Assembly: GCA_964657875.1 (NCBI GenBank)
Contig: CAZZWJ010000001.1
Span: forward strand, 1-37,111
Length of the DNA stretch: 37,111 bases
Direction: 5' to 3'
Source of the DNA: an uncultured Solirubrobacteraceae bacterium
GTDB taxonomy: Bacteria; Actinomycetota; Thermoleophilia; Solirubrobacterales; Solirubrobacteraceae
Below are positions 36,748 to 37,111 of this stretch, in pieces (position 1 is the first letter of the stretch; every line of letters begins with the position of its first letter). The translations under genes and the position numbers were made by a program. The notes under the pieces are model-generated. The model did not search any database. It saw only the letters and a program-made list of their open reading frames with translations, and was not told where the DNA came from.

Positions 36748-37111
36748 ATGAAACGTCGTGTGGCAGGGACAGGAAACCAGCAGCGAGCGACGGGTCCGCG
36801 TCGCCGCGCCGGGCGCCGGATCGCGGTCGCCGCCGCGACGCTCGCCGCGGCGGGGACCGGGCTCGCGCTCACCGTCTCGGGGCCGGCGGACGCGCAGCCC
36901 GACCATGATCAGCCGACGCGCTCGCAGGCCGCGGTCCCGTCGCGCGTCGCCGCCCTGCCGGTGGCGGCCCGCCATGCGCTGCGCGGCCGCGTGCACGTCA
37001 AGGGTCGCCGGTACTTCGACGGCGTCGGGGTCAAGCCGGGGACGATCAAGCACGTGTGGCTGATCATCCTCGAGAACAAGTCCTACGACGCGTCGTTCAC
37101 CGGCCTGAACA
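36748..37111 (+). CDS. Secreted phosphoesterase (phospholipase C / acid phosphatase family), N-terminal part, 3' truncated
   Basis: Not in the ORF track. AAGGGAG RBS, ATG 36748, Arg-rich signal peptide with hydrophobic core and ADA cleavage-like site, then IKHVWLIILENKSYD; frame open to the window end. Confidence 0.85.
   Translation, partial: MKRRVAGTGNQQRATGPRRRAGRRIAVAAATLAAAGTGLALTVSGPADAQPDHDQPTRSQAAVPSRVAALPVAARHALRGRVHVKGRRYFDGVGVKPGTIKHVWLIILENKSYDASFTGLN

Overview
A high-GC, gene-dense actinobacterial chromosomal window; a Thermoleophilia/Solirubrobacterales-like origin is my inference only. Left end (1-4.6 kb): pentose-phosphate operon (zwf 3' part, opcA, pgl, ROK kinase, rpiB, Gpm2/Shb17-like histidine phosphatase), then tRNA-Leu(CAG), an orphan ORF and tRNA-Glu(CTC). 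Directly after tRNA-Glu is a ~17 kb acyl-CoA/hydroxy-acid block (5.6-22.3 kb). It contains an SDR plus acyl-CoA synthetase, a PhaE-like protein with a class III PhaC convergent on a PhaZ-like depolymerase, an unknown polytopic membrane protein, a ThDP enzyme closely resembling actinobacterial 2-hydroxyacyl-CoA lyase, a CaiC-like CoA ligase, IclR, an APH/LvaA-like kinase, TetR, an aldehyde dehydrogenase and a two-subunit GMC oxidoreductase. The block ends at what looks like a collapsed histidine-kinase remnant. Right half: ECF sigma/anti-sigma pair, ABC-2 exporter, secreted beta-propeller phosphoesterase, DeaD helicase, enoyl-CoA hydratase, a DUF305 lipoprotein preceded by a His/Met-rich small ORF with an RAGP arrest-like motif, an RCK-gated K+ channel, DoxX, and the start of a second phosphoesterase. 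I saw no integrase, transposase, CRISPR array or rRNA. All family calls come from motif recognition and recalled sequences; no database searches were run.
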